From: Chrysemys picta bellii
Lineage: Eukaryota
DNA: 64,000 nt
Direction: 5' to 3'
Assembly (NCBI RefSeq): GCF_011386835.1
Contig: NC_088801.1
Coordinates: forward strand, 2,666,001 to 2,730,000
In this document: in pieces, positions 30,027 to 42,644 of the stretch
Layout: each line of letters begins with the position of its first letter
Numbering within the stretch: the first letter of the stretch is position 1
The notes under the pieces: generated by a model
The model's input: only the letters and a program-made list of their open reading frames with translations
Told to the model about the DNA's origin: nothing
Database searches by the model: none
Translations under genes and position numbers: made by a program

Positions 30027-32699
30027 GAGTCTATTAGAATATCAGCTATCCGCCTCCATATCCCAGGAGGAGAAGGGCCAGCCCAGCTCTCTCCAGGGGT
30101 GTGGGTGGCTGGCACAGGACACATCTTCCTGGGAAAAGAGGAACACGGAGGCTGTGATGAGCTGGGCACGTGGTGGCGGGGGGCGGGGGAGTGCAAATCC
30201 AGGCTGGACTCATGTCTTAGTAAGCAATCGGCAGGTGTGGTTACTAATGGCTGCGTTGCAGTGTCTCTTGGCAGATTGATTGTCACTCACCTGGTTAGTC
30301 CTGGGCAGGCAAAATCCCTCTCATGGCCTTGAAGGCAGGACCCAGGAGTGGCCAGATGCCACTTGACTGCAGCCATCTACATAAGGGCTACGCAGGGCCT
30401 TCCCCAGGCTTCAGGCTCTGTCCCGAGGCCAGCCTAGAGTGGCTCCTCCGAGCAGAGACCGCGGCCCTGCTGGGATCTGCGATGCCATTGTCAACAGCAA
30501 TGTGAGAGCTGAAGTGAGGGTGGGACTGTCCCATGTAGCACAACATCCTGCCGAAGCCAGGCCGCGCTCAGTGCCAGGGAGCAAGGCCAGAGCGCGGGAG
30601 AATCCCAGGCTCTCCTGAGTGTGAACTCCATTCGGCATTGCTATGGGGTCAGCTCCCCTGAGGTAGCGCTGCCGTTCCTGAGCTGAGAGCGTCGCTTTCC
30701 TGACAGCCCTCACCCCCGACCACTTAGAGCTCGACGGGGGCCAGCTCCGGTCGCTTCGAGCCACCTGGGCCACGGGGACTCTAGTGCTTTGGATTCTTCC
30801 CGGCCCTGCTGTTGGTTCCATTTCCCTGTTGATCGTATTCAAACGGAGCTTGTTCTCTTTAAACCGACCGGTCCCTGTTCCAACCTCACCCCCCTTTCTG
30901 CTCGCTCACTGATCCGAACCGCTTCGCCTCGTAAACATCCCTGTATAAACCAAGCGGTGCTCCAGGCTTCGCTTGGTCAATGGCTCTTGTCTTCCCTCTG
31001 AGGACCCCTGTCTTTTCTCAGCACTCTCCAGTTGCCGCCCTCCCCAGAGCCAAGCCATCCCCAGTAGGGAGTTACTCCCCTGCTCTCTGTACAGCCCAAG
31101 ACTGGCTCCCCATGGTATCCCAACAAACCCCTCTGTAAACATTCATCCATGCTTGCCCCGACCGTCCGTACTACTCCAGCCTTGGCTTCCTGTTCCCTAG
31201 GATTAGGCCCTAGCCAGGTCGCATGGGACTTGTCTGGAGGGACTCTAGCTTATTGTGATCACACTGGATTATTTCAGTCTATTCACTCGTCTCTGCAGCC
31301 CTGCCAGCAAATCCGAGTGTTATGTTCTCATCCCTCCTGGACGATTCTGCCCATCGTTAAAGAGAACGGACATCTCCCCTCCGACGGAACAGTGGGGCGC
31401 CAGTGAAGTCAATGGGGAAGGGGCAGGGGTTAAGACCCTTGTTCCCAGTTTTTTGCCCTCTGATTCGTGTCCCAGTGAACCTTCCTCTTCCTCTGGGCGT
31501 AGCACGTGACCGTGTCCCAAAGCCTGTTTGTAAATGAACGGAAAGATTCTCTGCTGCAGCGCTGACCTAGTTCACATTCCACACTGACATTCAATGCCCT
31601 TGATGCAATTGTTGTTAACAGGCCCTGCACCTGGGTTCAGCTCAGATGCTCAGCCCTAGAAGCTGGATGGTGTGTGAGCCACCAGAGAAGGGAATTTCCA
31701 CCGCAATACAAACAGGCCCAACTTCTGCTCTGCCAGCCGCTTGTCCCCTGCTGCAGAGCAGAGCGCCGAATTTAACCCCCCGCTACTGCACTTGTTCCCC
31801 CAACAGTACCGGGAGCTTGAAGCTGGTTCTCCCTCTCGGAAACCAGGCGCTTGAAGTTTTGCTGTTCAAACCTCCACAGCCCCCTTGGGAATGTTCTTTA
31901 TGGCTGTCCTAGGAATCCCGTGATCTGGGGGGCAGGGAGCGTGCCGCTCCTGAGCCCGAGACACGGGGCGGCTTCCCCCTGCAGTCGCTACATTGATGTA
32001 AGCAGTTACCTGTCGAACCTGCACAGCTGGGCAGAGGGCAGGTCGAAAAGGCAGGGCTTGGCCTGTGTTAACAGAGCGACAGGCGGGCTCTGAGCACTGG
32101 AACATGACGAGATCGGGCACTGGGCAGCCATCGGGGTAAAGCCAGAGCTTGGGCTTGCTGGGGAACAGCTCCAGGCAGAGCCCGTCTCCATCACGTTAGC
32201 CAGGACGATGCCAATTGTAGAGAGCTCTCGGTGCATGTGCTCACAGGCCCTGCAGATCACAAGGGCAGCGGGCAGGCCGGACTGGTAACGAGTGCCAGTT
32301 GGGCCCCTCTCCACTGCAGGGAGCTGGTCAGCTTTCCCCTGACAGCATCCCCGGCGTGCTCTCCCCAGGCCCAGAGCGAAGTCTGCGTCCTGCCGGCCGG
32401 GGTGGGGTAGGAGAATCCATTGTGCAGAGAGCCAGGCTCTCGGGCGGGCGCTGGTGTCCGGGTCCATCCACGCAGGACCCTGCTGTTGGGCACAACCACG
32501 CTGCACTGCTGCCCACAGGTGGTGCAGACCCAGCGGCTGCGAACAGACCTGGATGGCTGCTTCTCTGCTGGGTTCGTGTGGAGGAGGAGGGAGCGCAAGG
32601 TACGTGGGAGCGTCTCGCGGGCCACTCATGAATCTCACAGCCAGGCACCAGCCAAATCCTCCCAGCCTGGCACCCCATGATCACGGTCACTCAAATTGC

Positions 32700-33400
32700 C
32701 TCCTACCTCCAGATTCGCTACCAGTTCCTCCCTGTTGGTCCGAATCGAGTAAAAAAAGGCTGATCCCCACCCTGGCTATTTCCTCCACTGTCTGGAACAA
32801 GGAGTCGTCCCCAACACATTCCAAGAACTTAGTGGAAATTTTGGTTTTTGCCGTATGACTTTCCCAACAACTGTCCAGATCGATCAAGACCCCTCAAGGC
32901 TAGTTCTGATTGGTTCTAGAAACACTTCATCTACCTCTCTTCCTAAGCTGGTGTCTGGAGTAGATTCCTACCATGATGTCACCCCTAATTTTACCCCTTC
33001 TGTCTTTACCCAGAAACTTTCAACTGGGCTGCCTTTCAGCTCCTCTTGGACATCAGAACGAGTGTATACCTCCTCCCTCTTTTCTGCCCGTCCTTCCCAA
33101 ACAGCTGTACCCCTCTAGGCCAATAGTCCAGTCATGAGACTCATCCCAGCTCTGTGATGCCAACTAAGTCAGAATTTAGCTCACGTACTAGTACTTCAGT
33201 TCTCTGGCACGTGTACAGACATCTAAGCTGTTCAGCAGATGTTCCCCCTCTGATTTCCCTCTTGTTGTTCCTATGACCCTATTGTCATTCTCCAACATCC
33301 AGCCCTCTGTTAATGTCGCCTTTTATGCTTCTCTGTGGGCTTTCATCACCTGCCCCTTTTGAACACAGTAAAACTGTCTGCCTGGCCCACCCAGCTGGGC
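32700..33400 (-). mobile_element. Degenerate CR1 LINE fragment (ORF1/ORF2 junction and endonuclease domain)
   Basis: Minus-strand peptide DSCWESHTAKTKISTKFLECVGDDSLFQTVEE resembles the CR1 ORF2 endonuclease (xCW...SNKFLECIGDNFLFQ); upstream reads LRCLYT..., DLVGITE, VESFWVK with stops and frameshifts. Confidence 0.65.
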
Positions 33401-36400
33401 TGTGGGATCAATAGACCAGGTGTTTCTGTGGGCAGTTAAATGCCTCATGCTCACTGATAAGACTAATACAATTCAAAACCCAATTCCTGACTCCCCCTTT
33501 TGGGGAAATCGTAGTCTCCGGTACTGCCGTCCTCAACCGCCGCCCGGCCCTGCAGGCACCACCGGGCACCGCCTGCGCAGAGCAAACGGCTTCCCCTTCC
33601 CAGAATGCCTTGCCTCTGAGCCAAACCTGCGGTGGAGTCACCAGTCCCAGCCTGTCTCCAGCTGGCTGCGAGTCACCCTGGGGCAGAGCGCTGGCTGAGG
33701 CCCCCTCCTGGCTTTCCCTGCTCAGCAGTGGAGAGGGGCCTTGCCCCGGACATTAAACAGCTGCCTGTGTTGGGCGAAGACAAAAATCCAGCATGTTGGA
33801 GCAGCAATCAGGATACAAACCAGCTGTGCTGCTGGAAAAGCCACAACGCCTTCAGGGCAGTACATCACCAGGGCCCAGCCAGCCGCGGATTTATCAGAGC
33901 TGCGCAGTCCCGATGCTCTTGGACGGCTCTGAAACAAGGATGTTGCTTACACGAGACCCCAAGAGGCTGGAGGCCTTTCATCTGGGCTGCCAGCGGTGAC
34001 TGCCGGGCACAGGGAGGCCTGAGTGGATCAGCCATAGGGATGTATCGTTGAGTCTGGCCTCGAGAGGGCTGAAGCCACCACTGGCCCTTTTTGGTCGCGT
34101 CGGAGATCAAGTCCCCGCACTTCGAGCCCTGAAGGTCGGACGTGAGATTAGGAGGGGACGTTACCTAGCCACGCACTGGCAGTGGCCACATGGTCGTCTG
34201 TGATTCACTTGGCTGCACCAGACCTGGAACAACCCCACAGAGCTTCACAACGCCTGGAGTAAAGCCATGGACAGTCGGCGCTACAGCCCCTCACTGCCTG
34301 AGCGCGTTGTGGTCAGGCTGGGACACCACCCAGAGCCTTTCCGAGCACTGCCCATTGCAGGCCTGACGAGGGGAACCAAAGCAGCCTGTCTTGTGCTTCT
34401 CTGGCCCCCAGCGCTGTAGCAACTCCCTGCCTTTAATGCCCAGAGAGGCTGAGTGGTCACACTGAGTCTGTCAGAACAAGGAATTGTACCCACTCTCCTG
34501 AGTGCCAGGCTGGTGCCCTAAGTGCTGGGCACCCTTCCTCTCCTGCACCAAGTGACGCCTCCCAGGCTCTTCCTCTTGACTTGCGACGGCTGGGAGTTCT
34601 CCCCCAATGCCAGCTGACACTCCCGAAGAACAGCTGGAGGCCTTCCTGCCTCTGGAAGCAGGGTCCGTGGACTTCGGGAAGACCCCATAGTGTCTCCACC
34701 CCCGCAGAAGAGAGATGTGGGCTGGGCTTACAGGTCAAACAATACACCTCCAAGGTTTATTGGGCTATAAAAGGGAAGGGAAGAGACCCCTGTAGTTCGC
34801 CATCACTGGGGGGATTCCAGGGCCCAGAGCTCTTGAAATCACACAACGTTGGGTCCTTCGGCCAAGGGAGTTGAGGTCTCTGGGGACTGAGAAACCTGCT
34901 CAGGCAAATTGTGACTTGAAGTTTTAGTCGTAGAAAGGGAATTTCTACTTTTCTTTGCTTGTCCCCCTTCCTGTCTTCACGGGGTATCATGCAACTCTAG
35001 GACTCTTCGTTTAATACACTGCAAACCAAGGCACTGCTGTGACTGAAATAAGCGTGTGGGGCAAACCCCAGTTAAATTAACGAGCTGCAGTGAATTGACC
35101 TTTTAAAGGAGCAACGGACTTAACTTCTGTGAGTGTTCCGGGAAAGGGGTGGGCGCTACAGGGAGATGGGCTGGGGGAAAGTCGGGACCGGGAGGGCGTC
35201 GGGGTCATTCTGCAAGAAGGAAACCAGGCGGCCGAAGCCAGGGTGTGAGCCCCATGCTTGGTGGCAGGGCTATGAGACAGCAGCTTCGCAGTGAAGGTAC
35301 CAGAGGGGCAGGGCAGGCGGTGACAGCCCGTCACTGGTCTGGGTTGAACCCCAAAATGTCTGTCTGACACACCCTGTCTTCCTGTGCTCAGAGGAGTGTC
35401 GCAGTTCAAGAAGAACAGCTGCACCAAAGCAGAGAGCTCAGACAGGTGGTCCAGGTGACTGAACCAGTCACAGCTGAGACCCCTGTTCCCTTCTGAGCAG
35501 GGCTTAGCTGAGACCCCCAGGCGAGGGTCCCTGCGGGTGGGGTCAACGGAAGGGCCCAGGAAGTGGGGGGTGGGGGGACACTAGCCATGTTATCCTGGGT
35601 CTTCCTGGCTCCCCAACAGGCCTGGCCCGCCCCACCCCTCACCGCACCTGAAGATGGTGTCCCAGCTGCCCAGGGAGCGGTTCCAGGATGAGGCCAATGG
35701 TGTCACTGAAGCGCCACGTCTCCACAGGGAGCTCCTGCTCCAGGCACCCAGCGAGCTTCGCGCCAGTGAAAACTGAAGTGACCTCGGTATTTACGGCAGC
35801 AGCTGCCACTCCAAGGGGAGAGGGGGCACCGGACAAGGGGTCCAGCAGGTATGTTATGGGGAAGCATTCCCAGGGTGTGTGCCAGACCCACACAGCTCAG
35901 CTACACAGATCAAACCCAGAGGGCACAAGGAGCACACACACACTGCAAATCACAGGTACATTTCAGTGGGCTTCCGCTCAGGCCTTACGTGACCCTAAAT
36001 GTTCTGCCCGTCAGGCTCTCGCCAGCTGGCAGCAGGCCTCCTCTGGAGAGGGCAATGCCAGGAATCCCTGGAGCCAGGAAGACCGTAGTTCTAATCCCGG
36101 CTCGGACGCTAACCGACCACGTGGCTTTGGGCAAGTTACTTCTCCTTTATAGCCTCGCAACTCAACTCGACCCAGACAGGCGCTGGGTGCAGGCTGGGTC
36201 AGAAAACAACCCGCTCCTCTCAGGTTTGCCTCTGATCACCTCCTCCTGCCCGGCGCGGCTGCAGCTTGCCCCACTCCCGCTGGCCACTGCCACCTCCCTT
36301 TGCTGCACGCGGAGGAGTTGCAGCGTCTCTCGCTTCGCCGCAAGCTCAGTGCAGCAAGGCAGCGGCCGCAGGAATGGGCAGGAGGTGTGCCAGAGACGGA

Positions 36401-37303
36401 TCCCGGGCAGGGCGAGGGGGAAGTCCCCAGCACAGGTGCTGCTGACTCAGGTTTGGGCTGGGTCTGAAAACGACTGAACCCACTCAGGGTCAGGTGGGCT
36501 CGGGCGAGGCTTGAGCAGCCCTCTACTTAGCTTCCCCGTGCCTCAGTTTCCCCCCTCAATAAAATGGAGATATACCACAGCAGGGACAGCTCACGTGAGT
36601 CAGAAAAAGTCTATGTGGGAGCCTGATCCGCTGCTGGGGATGGAAAGATCCCATGAACTTGGGTGTTGGACCGGGCCCTTCTTGTGAGCGCATGCAGTGC
36701 CCGCGTCTAGAGGGCACTCCTTTCCTAGGCGCAGCGGACACGCTTAGTCTGGGAGCTCCTTGGGGCAGGGACTAGCTGGTAGCCTGCGAGCGCTCTGGGA
36801 CAGGAACTGTCGTCTTGCTCTGGGTTTGTAGCACGACAGGCTCCTGGGCCATGACTGGGGCCCCCGGAAGCTCCCCCAGCACAGATCACTCGGTAACAGT
36901 CCCTGCAGACACAGAGCGGGTTAATGAAGTTTGCAAAGCACCTGGAAGACAGAAGGCCCCATACAGTGCTTGGAAAGGGCCCCATCCCCCTACTTCACGC
37001 TGTGCTGTATTGACAGAGAACATTCAAAAGCAGCTGGCAAAGATTATGCTCCAGAGTCGAGCCAGGCATCATCTCGAGCGTCCTTCTCTATTATCTCTTC
37101 ACTCACCCCCACGGGGGGGGACAGTGGGCTGAGAGCTGTGTGGGGGGGGGGGGGTATGGCCATGTGATTAGCAGGCTCAGAATGCCCTGGCCTTTCAAGC
37201 ACAGCTGGGTCCTGCGCGCTAGCAGCTGCGGCTGGGGAGGAGCGATCACGCCGGACAGTGCACTGCTGCTGTGGGAATCAGGGTGTCCTAGTTCTTTTTA
37301 TAT

Positions 37304-37309
37304 TTTAAT
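37304..37309 (-). terminator. Candidate BCS1L polyadenylation signal
   Basis: ATTAAA on the minus strand in an AT-rich patch about 155 nt past the stop codon. Confidence 0.5.
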
Positions 37310-37463
37310 AGAAACCCAAGGCCTCGTTGAGGTAGCGAAACAGAGAGCGATCGGCTCCCTGGGACTGTCACAAAGCAGCATCCTCACGGTTATCACGTCC
37401 TCCATGAGTCACTCCCGGGAATGGCGCCGCAAGCCCCTCCCCTTTGAGAGCACCCGCCCTTGC

Positions 37464-40400
37464 TCACAGGGAAATCGACTGCACGTTTTCAATGGCCCCG
37501 GCTGGGTCTGCTTTATACAGCATGAGGTGGCCCTGCACCTGGGCGGCGCTGATCTGCTCGGAGACGCGCAGGGCCTGCTCTGCGAACTTGTCCCCGGCAG
37601 CCGCCGGCTGGTCTGGGTAGAAGCGCTGGAACATGCGGGAAATCTGCCAGCGGGAGCAGGGTCCCACGTACTGCTTCAGATCCACCCGGCCAGGGCGTAC
37701 CAGGGCTGGGTCCAACCTGCAGAGGCAGCGAGACAGGCAGAGGTGCGGTCAGCCAGCAGCGTGGAGCTCAGCTCCCAGGGCCTGCGCAGTCAGAGTCCGC
37801 TCTCCTGGATGTGAGGGACCAGTCCCTGCTCTCTGACCTCCCTTCGCTGGTATCCCGAGGGAGGGGCAGGGGGAGACGGGTGGGCCCCCTTATCCTCAAT
37901 ACCTTCCACGAGCGCAACGGGGATGCGCCGCAAACCCCGGACACGGCTTTGTGTTTCCTCCAACGTGACCATCCCCCTTAACTGCCACAGGCTGGGAGGG
38001 AATCCAGCCCAGACCTCGTGCCTCACGCACTGTTGTGACATAGGAGGTCCGGGCAAGATCCTGCAGGGGGCTTCTAGCTTGGTGGGGTCTCTGTAAAGCA
38101 ACTCAGAGAAAGCTGGGAAGAACCAGACAACAGCCTGAAAAGATCAGGCTTCTCCTGGGGCACCCAATCTTCTGGGCAGGTAGTCACTCAGAGACGCCCA
38201 CCCACACGCCTGTGACAGGCTTTCTGCTGTGAAAGGAGCTTCAGCGAGACAGCAACTGTCGGAGCTCTGCAGTGGAAACACCAAGGAGGGGGAGGAAGGG
38301 TCTCCGGGGGGCTTCTCCAAAAGGGACGGGAGGAGACGGAGCGAGGGGAGACACAGGTGGAAGATCTTGGAAGATCACCGAGACTGTGGAATGGCAGCGT
38401 TAGGAAAAGGGGTACGTGGGGAGGGGAGCCCGGTTCTTTGGCTAATCCAACTAGACAAGAGCAACCCCTGAAACGCACACTTCAGGGAATGGTCCTGCCC
38501 TGAGCAGTGAGGAACAGAGGTGGAGCCGGTTGATCCGATCTCATCTCTAGTGTCATTGTTCCCTAGCACCCAAGCAAGGGGGGTTCCCTAGCGCCCAAGC
38601 AAGGGGGGTTCTCTAGTGTTATTGTTCCCTAGCGCCCAAGCAAGGGGGGTTCTCTAGTGTCACTGTTCCCCTAGCGCCCAAGCAAGGGGGGTTCTCTAGT
38701 GTTATTGTTCCCTAGCGCCCAAGCAAGGGGGGTTTCCTGCCCTGGGGTCCCTCTCCCACAGGAGAGGGCTCTGACCTGTCCACGTGGTTGGTGGTCATGA
38801 AGACGATCCTGGCCTCCGTGGAGGCGACGCCATCCAGCGCGTTGAGGAGGCCACTGAAGGTCAGCCGTCCCATGCCCTGGTAGGCAGTTGGGTCTGGAGG
38901 AAAAGGCACCACCGATGTCTCAGATCCAGGGCAGGTCTGGGGCACCCAAACTCTGCCCAACAGACAGCCGCATTGGCAGCTTACCAGCCGCCGGGGAGCC
39001 GCCCCTATCTGCCATCAATCAACACCGCGGGCCCGAGACGGCTGTTCCCCGGCCAAGTAAGCCACTCTGCATCCTGCGCTCCCCCGGCGCCGCCTCACTA
39101 TAAACCCAGCTACTGGCATGTTTCCAGGGATACTCTGCCCGCAGCGCAGCCAGCAGCCGACTGCCCACCCCACCCCACGCCACGCTCAGTGCAGGGGAGC
39201 CAGCGTGGGCACCCAAGGGGCTGAAGAGCAAAGGGGAATATACAGCCAGGCAGGGTGTGCTGCCTGCTCCCCGGGAATCAGGGACTCCCGGCCCAGCAGG
39301 TGAGACAAAAGCCACCTCAGAACAGCTCCTCCAGCCCCCATCATTCTGCTCGCTGCTGAGCCGGGCTGGGACCTCGGGGGGAGGAGAGGCGTCTCCACAT
39401 GGCACCCAGGTGCTGAAGACAAGGGCGAGGCCTGCACCGATTTCCCCGGGGGTGGGAGCAGGCCCCCGGGAGGGGGAAGGGCCGGGACTAACTCTCCACA
39501 GCGAGGTCCCGGCTGACGAAGGCCGCGTCCACGTCCTCCAGGAGGATGATGCTCTGCTGCGGCGCCACGCTGAGGAGGTGGTTGAGGCGGTCATCGGAGA
39601 GGCTGCGGTCACTCAGGCTCAGCAGGCAGATGCCGTACTCCAGCTCCCCGGCCAGGGCCGTGCTGGGAGGGACACAGGGCAGGAGTAAAGCACCAAAGCC
39701 GCAGGGGAACCCCCGGGGGAAATCGCTCCCTCCCCAGTCCCGCAGGGCAGGGGGCACCTATATCAAACCCAACAGAGGGCAGGGATGGGCCAGGGGGTTG
39801 GGTGCTGGCCTGGGATTCGAGACCCAGGTTCCATTCCCAGCTGGGACACGGATCTCCCGTGTGACCTCCGGCAAGTCACCATCTCTCTACACCCCAGCCT
39901 CCCACATGCAAGCCCCGCCCTGCGTCCTGGGGGGTGGGAGGATAAATGCAGTAAGGACTGCATGGTACTCAGTAATGGGGCCCCTAAGTACCTCCGGCAG
40001 AAACACCTGGCGCCTCGTGCGTCGCTCATCCGCTGGTCAAGGGGGTCCGATTTAGTGTTACCCCCAAAGCACCATTCATCTTATGGGAGTGGCCTGCTTA
40101 ACCTGTGAATTAGCGCGTGGGGGGCTGGGAGGGTTTTGGCGTGTGGAAATAAAGCAATTAGTATTTCAGGGGGCGGGTGAGGGGCAAGGGGGGGCCCCAA
40201 CAATATTCCTGCTTTGGGCCACCAGCAGGCTAGCAGCACCTCCGGACACAGTCCTTTGGCTTCCTTCTCTGCCGCACATTTCTGCCGTTGCTAACCGAAC
40301 CCCTCCTCCTCAGCGAAGAGCCAGTCTCCTTAGTCCTCCCTCCATGGGGCCGAAGGGGGACCTAGAACTCCAGGAGACGGGGGAACGCTGGCACTGCCCT

Positions 40401-42604
40401 GCGCACAATACTCACATGAAGCTGCTTTTCCCACAGCCCGGGGGCCCGTAAAGCAAATAGCCCCTCCTGTACGGGATTCCTAGGAAGAGAGGGACCCATC
40501 AGAAGCCGGCAGCGCGCCCCACACCCAGCCTGCCACAGAGCCCTAAAGGACAGAACCTAACTACCGATCACACCCCCGAGTCCCAGCGTCACTGAAAGCC
40601 CCCTGAGCTGGGCTCTTGCTGGCGTCACTCTAACACGTTGTTCGTGCCCCGCCTGCTTTCCCACGGCAGCGCTGCCGTCGGCTCTGGTTCGGCCGGGGAC
40701 TGGAGCTGAACCAAGCTGGCCCGGCAGCGGGGAAGCTACAGGGTGGAGGGGTAAACCTGCTTGCTTCCTACAGTGCCAGGGGAGAGGCAGAAGAGGCAGA
40801 CGCCAGGCACAGAACACAGCCTTCCATGCAGCAAGAGCCCCCCCGGGCTCTGAAGTCCCCCCGCAGGGCTGCCTAACGCGCTGGGCCTGGATCACCAAGG
40901 CAACGCTCCAGTTGGTGAATCGGGCCCACTGAGCGCAGGAAGGCGGCGCCGCCGACCCAGTGCAGAAACTCTCCCGTTTCCGGTTGTGGACGCTGCAGCA
41001 GAGACGCAGGTGCCCCACGGGCAGCTGCAAGGATTGTACAGGACACCTTTTTCGTGCACAGAAACCCAGGGGTCGGGGTGGAATAATGGGGCGTACCTGC
41101 GGGGCTAGGCTGGCCTGGACTAGCTAAGGGGCTGCAGGTCTGGATCCAGGTGCGCTGGGAGAGGTGTGGCAGGCTGGTGAGGAGCTGGGGTAGCCGCACA
41201 GCACCTGCCCGCATCATCCTGGCTCAAGGTAGCATTATTTGCCCCTCCCTTTGACCCCAGAGGAAGGGCAGAGCCATCAGCCCGGGAGGGAGCCTTGCCT
41301 CTCTCACTGTACCACTTGGGTTCTCGATGAACTCCCTTTACGTCCTGCACGATCTTCTCCGAGATCCCCTTCTCCAGCACCACGGAGGCGAGCGGCCGAC
41401 GGCGGCGCGGGAAGCCAAACGGCCCGCCATTCGGCACCCATGGCCGTGTACATGACTGTCTTCCCCTCCTGCTGCCTCAGAGCCAGTTCCCTGGCTAGAG
41501 AGAGACAGAGACAGGGGCTGGCAGTGAAAGGAATCTCCCAGAAGGCACCAGGCAATGGCCTGGCTTTTATATCTGCCGCGGCAGGGCCCTGCCGAATAGC
41601 CATATGGAGGATGCTGAAGAAGATCTCCCGCTTGGTGCCCAGGGCTGTGAACGTCACTGACTCCCAGGGGGTCCCCGTGTGCAGGTCGATCATTTGCTTC
41701 TCTCGGTTCCGCTCGATGCGGATCCACTTCCTCTGATACCTGGGAGCAGGAGAGAGAGAGAGAGGCTGAGCCGGGGGACGACGCGAGATGAGGCTTAGGA
41801 ACATCTTCACTTAAGCACGACAGCGGCACCGCTGTGCCGACACAGCGTTTTAAGTGTCCACCTGCGCTAACTCTTTTGCACTTCTACAATCCCACCCTGC
41901 CGCGTGAGTTCCACAGGTGGGTTCTGCACCCCGAACAGAAACAGATCCGTTTCCGTTTCGGATGTGCGGCGTTAGAACTGCACTGAGTAGCATCTGAGGG
42001 GCATTCTCGAACCCAGTCCCTGGGCTGAACGAAGCCAGTGCCAGAGGTACTAGAGACGAGCTCAGCAAGCTATTCTACAACAGCTGCATCTCCCGTACTC
42101 GTCTCCTTTCCAGACTAAGCAGCCCTGTGCGCTGATCCAAATCAATGGGACCCTTTCACTGACTTCAACGGGCTTCGGATCAGGCCCGTAGGCTCGTCAA
42201 GAATTTCTCTTCACATGAAGCCCTCGGTTCCGGCAGGCAGCTGGTCAGTTCCCGGCCCGTTCCTCCCCCGCTCTGCCCCCTTACCAGATGAAGTGGTTCC
42301 CAGGGCTGGGGATAAAGTCGAACTTGGTGCTGATGCGCCCGCTCTCGTGTTGCAGGTACGAGGTCTCCACGCTCAGGTGCTGAGTGTGCTTGGCATAGTG
42401 CGAGATCCAACTCAGCAGCCACTGGTAGCTCTTGTCCTTGCTGGGCACCTCCAAGGTGATCATGTAGTGTCGGCGAAAAGCAACCGCCCCAAACTGGGCC
42501 CCCTTCCGGGCCAAAGCCAGAGCCGTGCCCACCCCTACCAGGCCAAAGCCAGCCCCGAAGTAGGGATTGTCCTTCAGCGCTAAGACAAAGTCGGAAAAGG
42601 GCAT
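37464..42604 (-). CDS. BCS1L: Mitochondrial chaperone BCS1 (AAA ATPase, complex III assembly); reading frame disrupted as written
   Basis: Coding exons 42285-42604, about 41605-41739 (donor missing), 41299-41494 (196 nt, three 1-nt indels, GC donor), 40416-40479, 39493-39662, 38776-38893, 37464-37716. N-terminus [26 protein letters not shown]; Walker A GPPGCGKS, Walker [31 protein letters not shown] are intact. A repaired model gives 1260 nt (419 aa), the human length. Confidence 0.95.
38545..38734. repeat. 41-bp minisatellite, 4 full copies plus 1 partial (last BCS1L intron)
   Basis: ctctagtgt(c/t)a(t/c)tgttccctagcgcccaagcaaggggggtt repeated; a 25-bp partial copy at 38586-38610. Confidence 0.95.
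39790..39990 (+). mobile_element. MIR/CORE-type SINE fragment
   Basis: gggattcgagacccaggttccattcccagct...tgtgacctccggcaagtcacc...ggaggataaatgcagtaaggactgcatggtactcag. Confidence 0.5.
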
Positions 42605-42620
42605 GGTGGGGCCGGGGGAG

Positions 42621-42644
42621 TCACGCGGCTCCTTTCAATGGCAT
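42621..42644 (-). other. Short upstream ORF (MPLKGAA*) in the BCS1L leader
   Basis: ATG CCA TTG AAA GGA GCC GCG TGA; lies downstream of both candidate acceptors (exon starts 42674 or 42649). Confidence 0.4.

Noticed and set aside
30780-32100. Possible CR1 ORF1 remnant or novel gene between RNF25 and BCS1L
   Set aside because: Only faint peptide resemblance to CR1 ORF1 with many stops and no splice-consistent model; needs RepeatMasker or tBLASTn.
37464-42604. BCS1L as a processed or long-dead pseudogene
   Set aside because: Introns, synteny and promoter are retained, and lesions are confined to about 300 bp while all other exons are intact.
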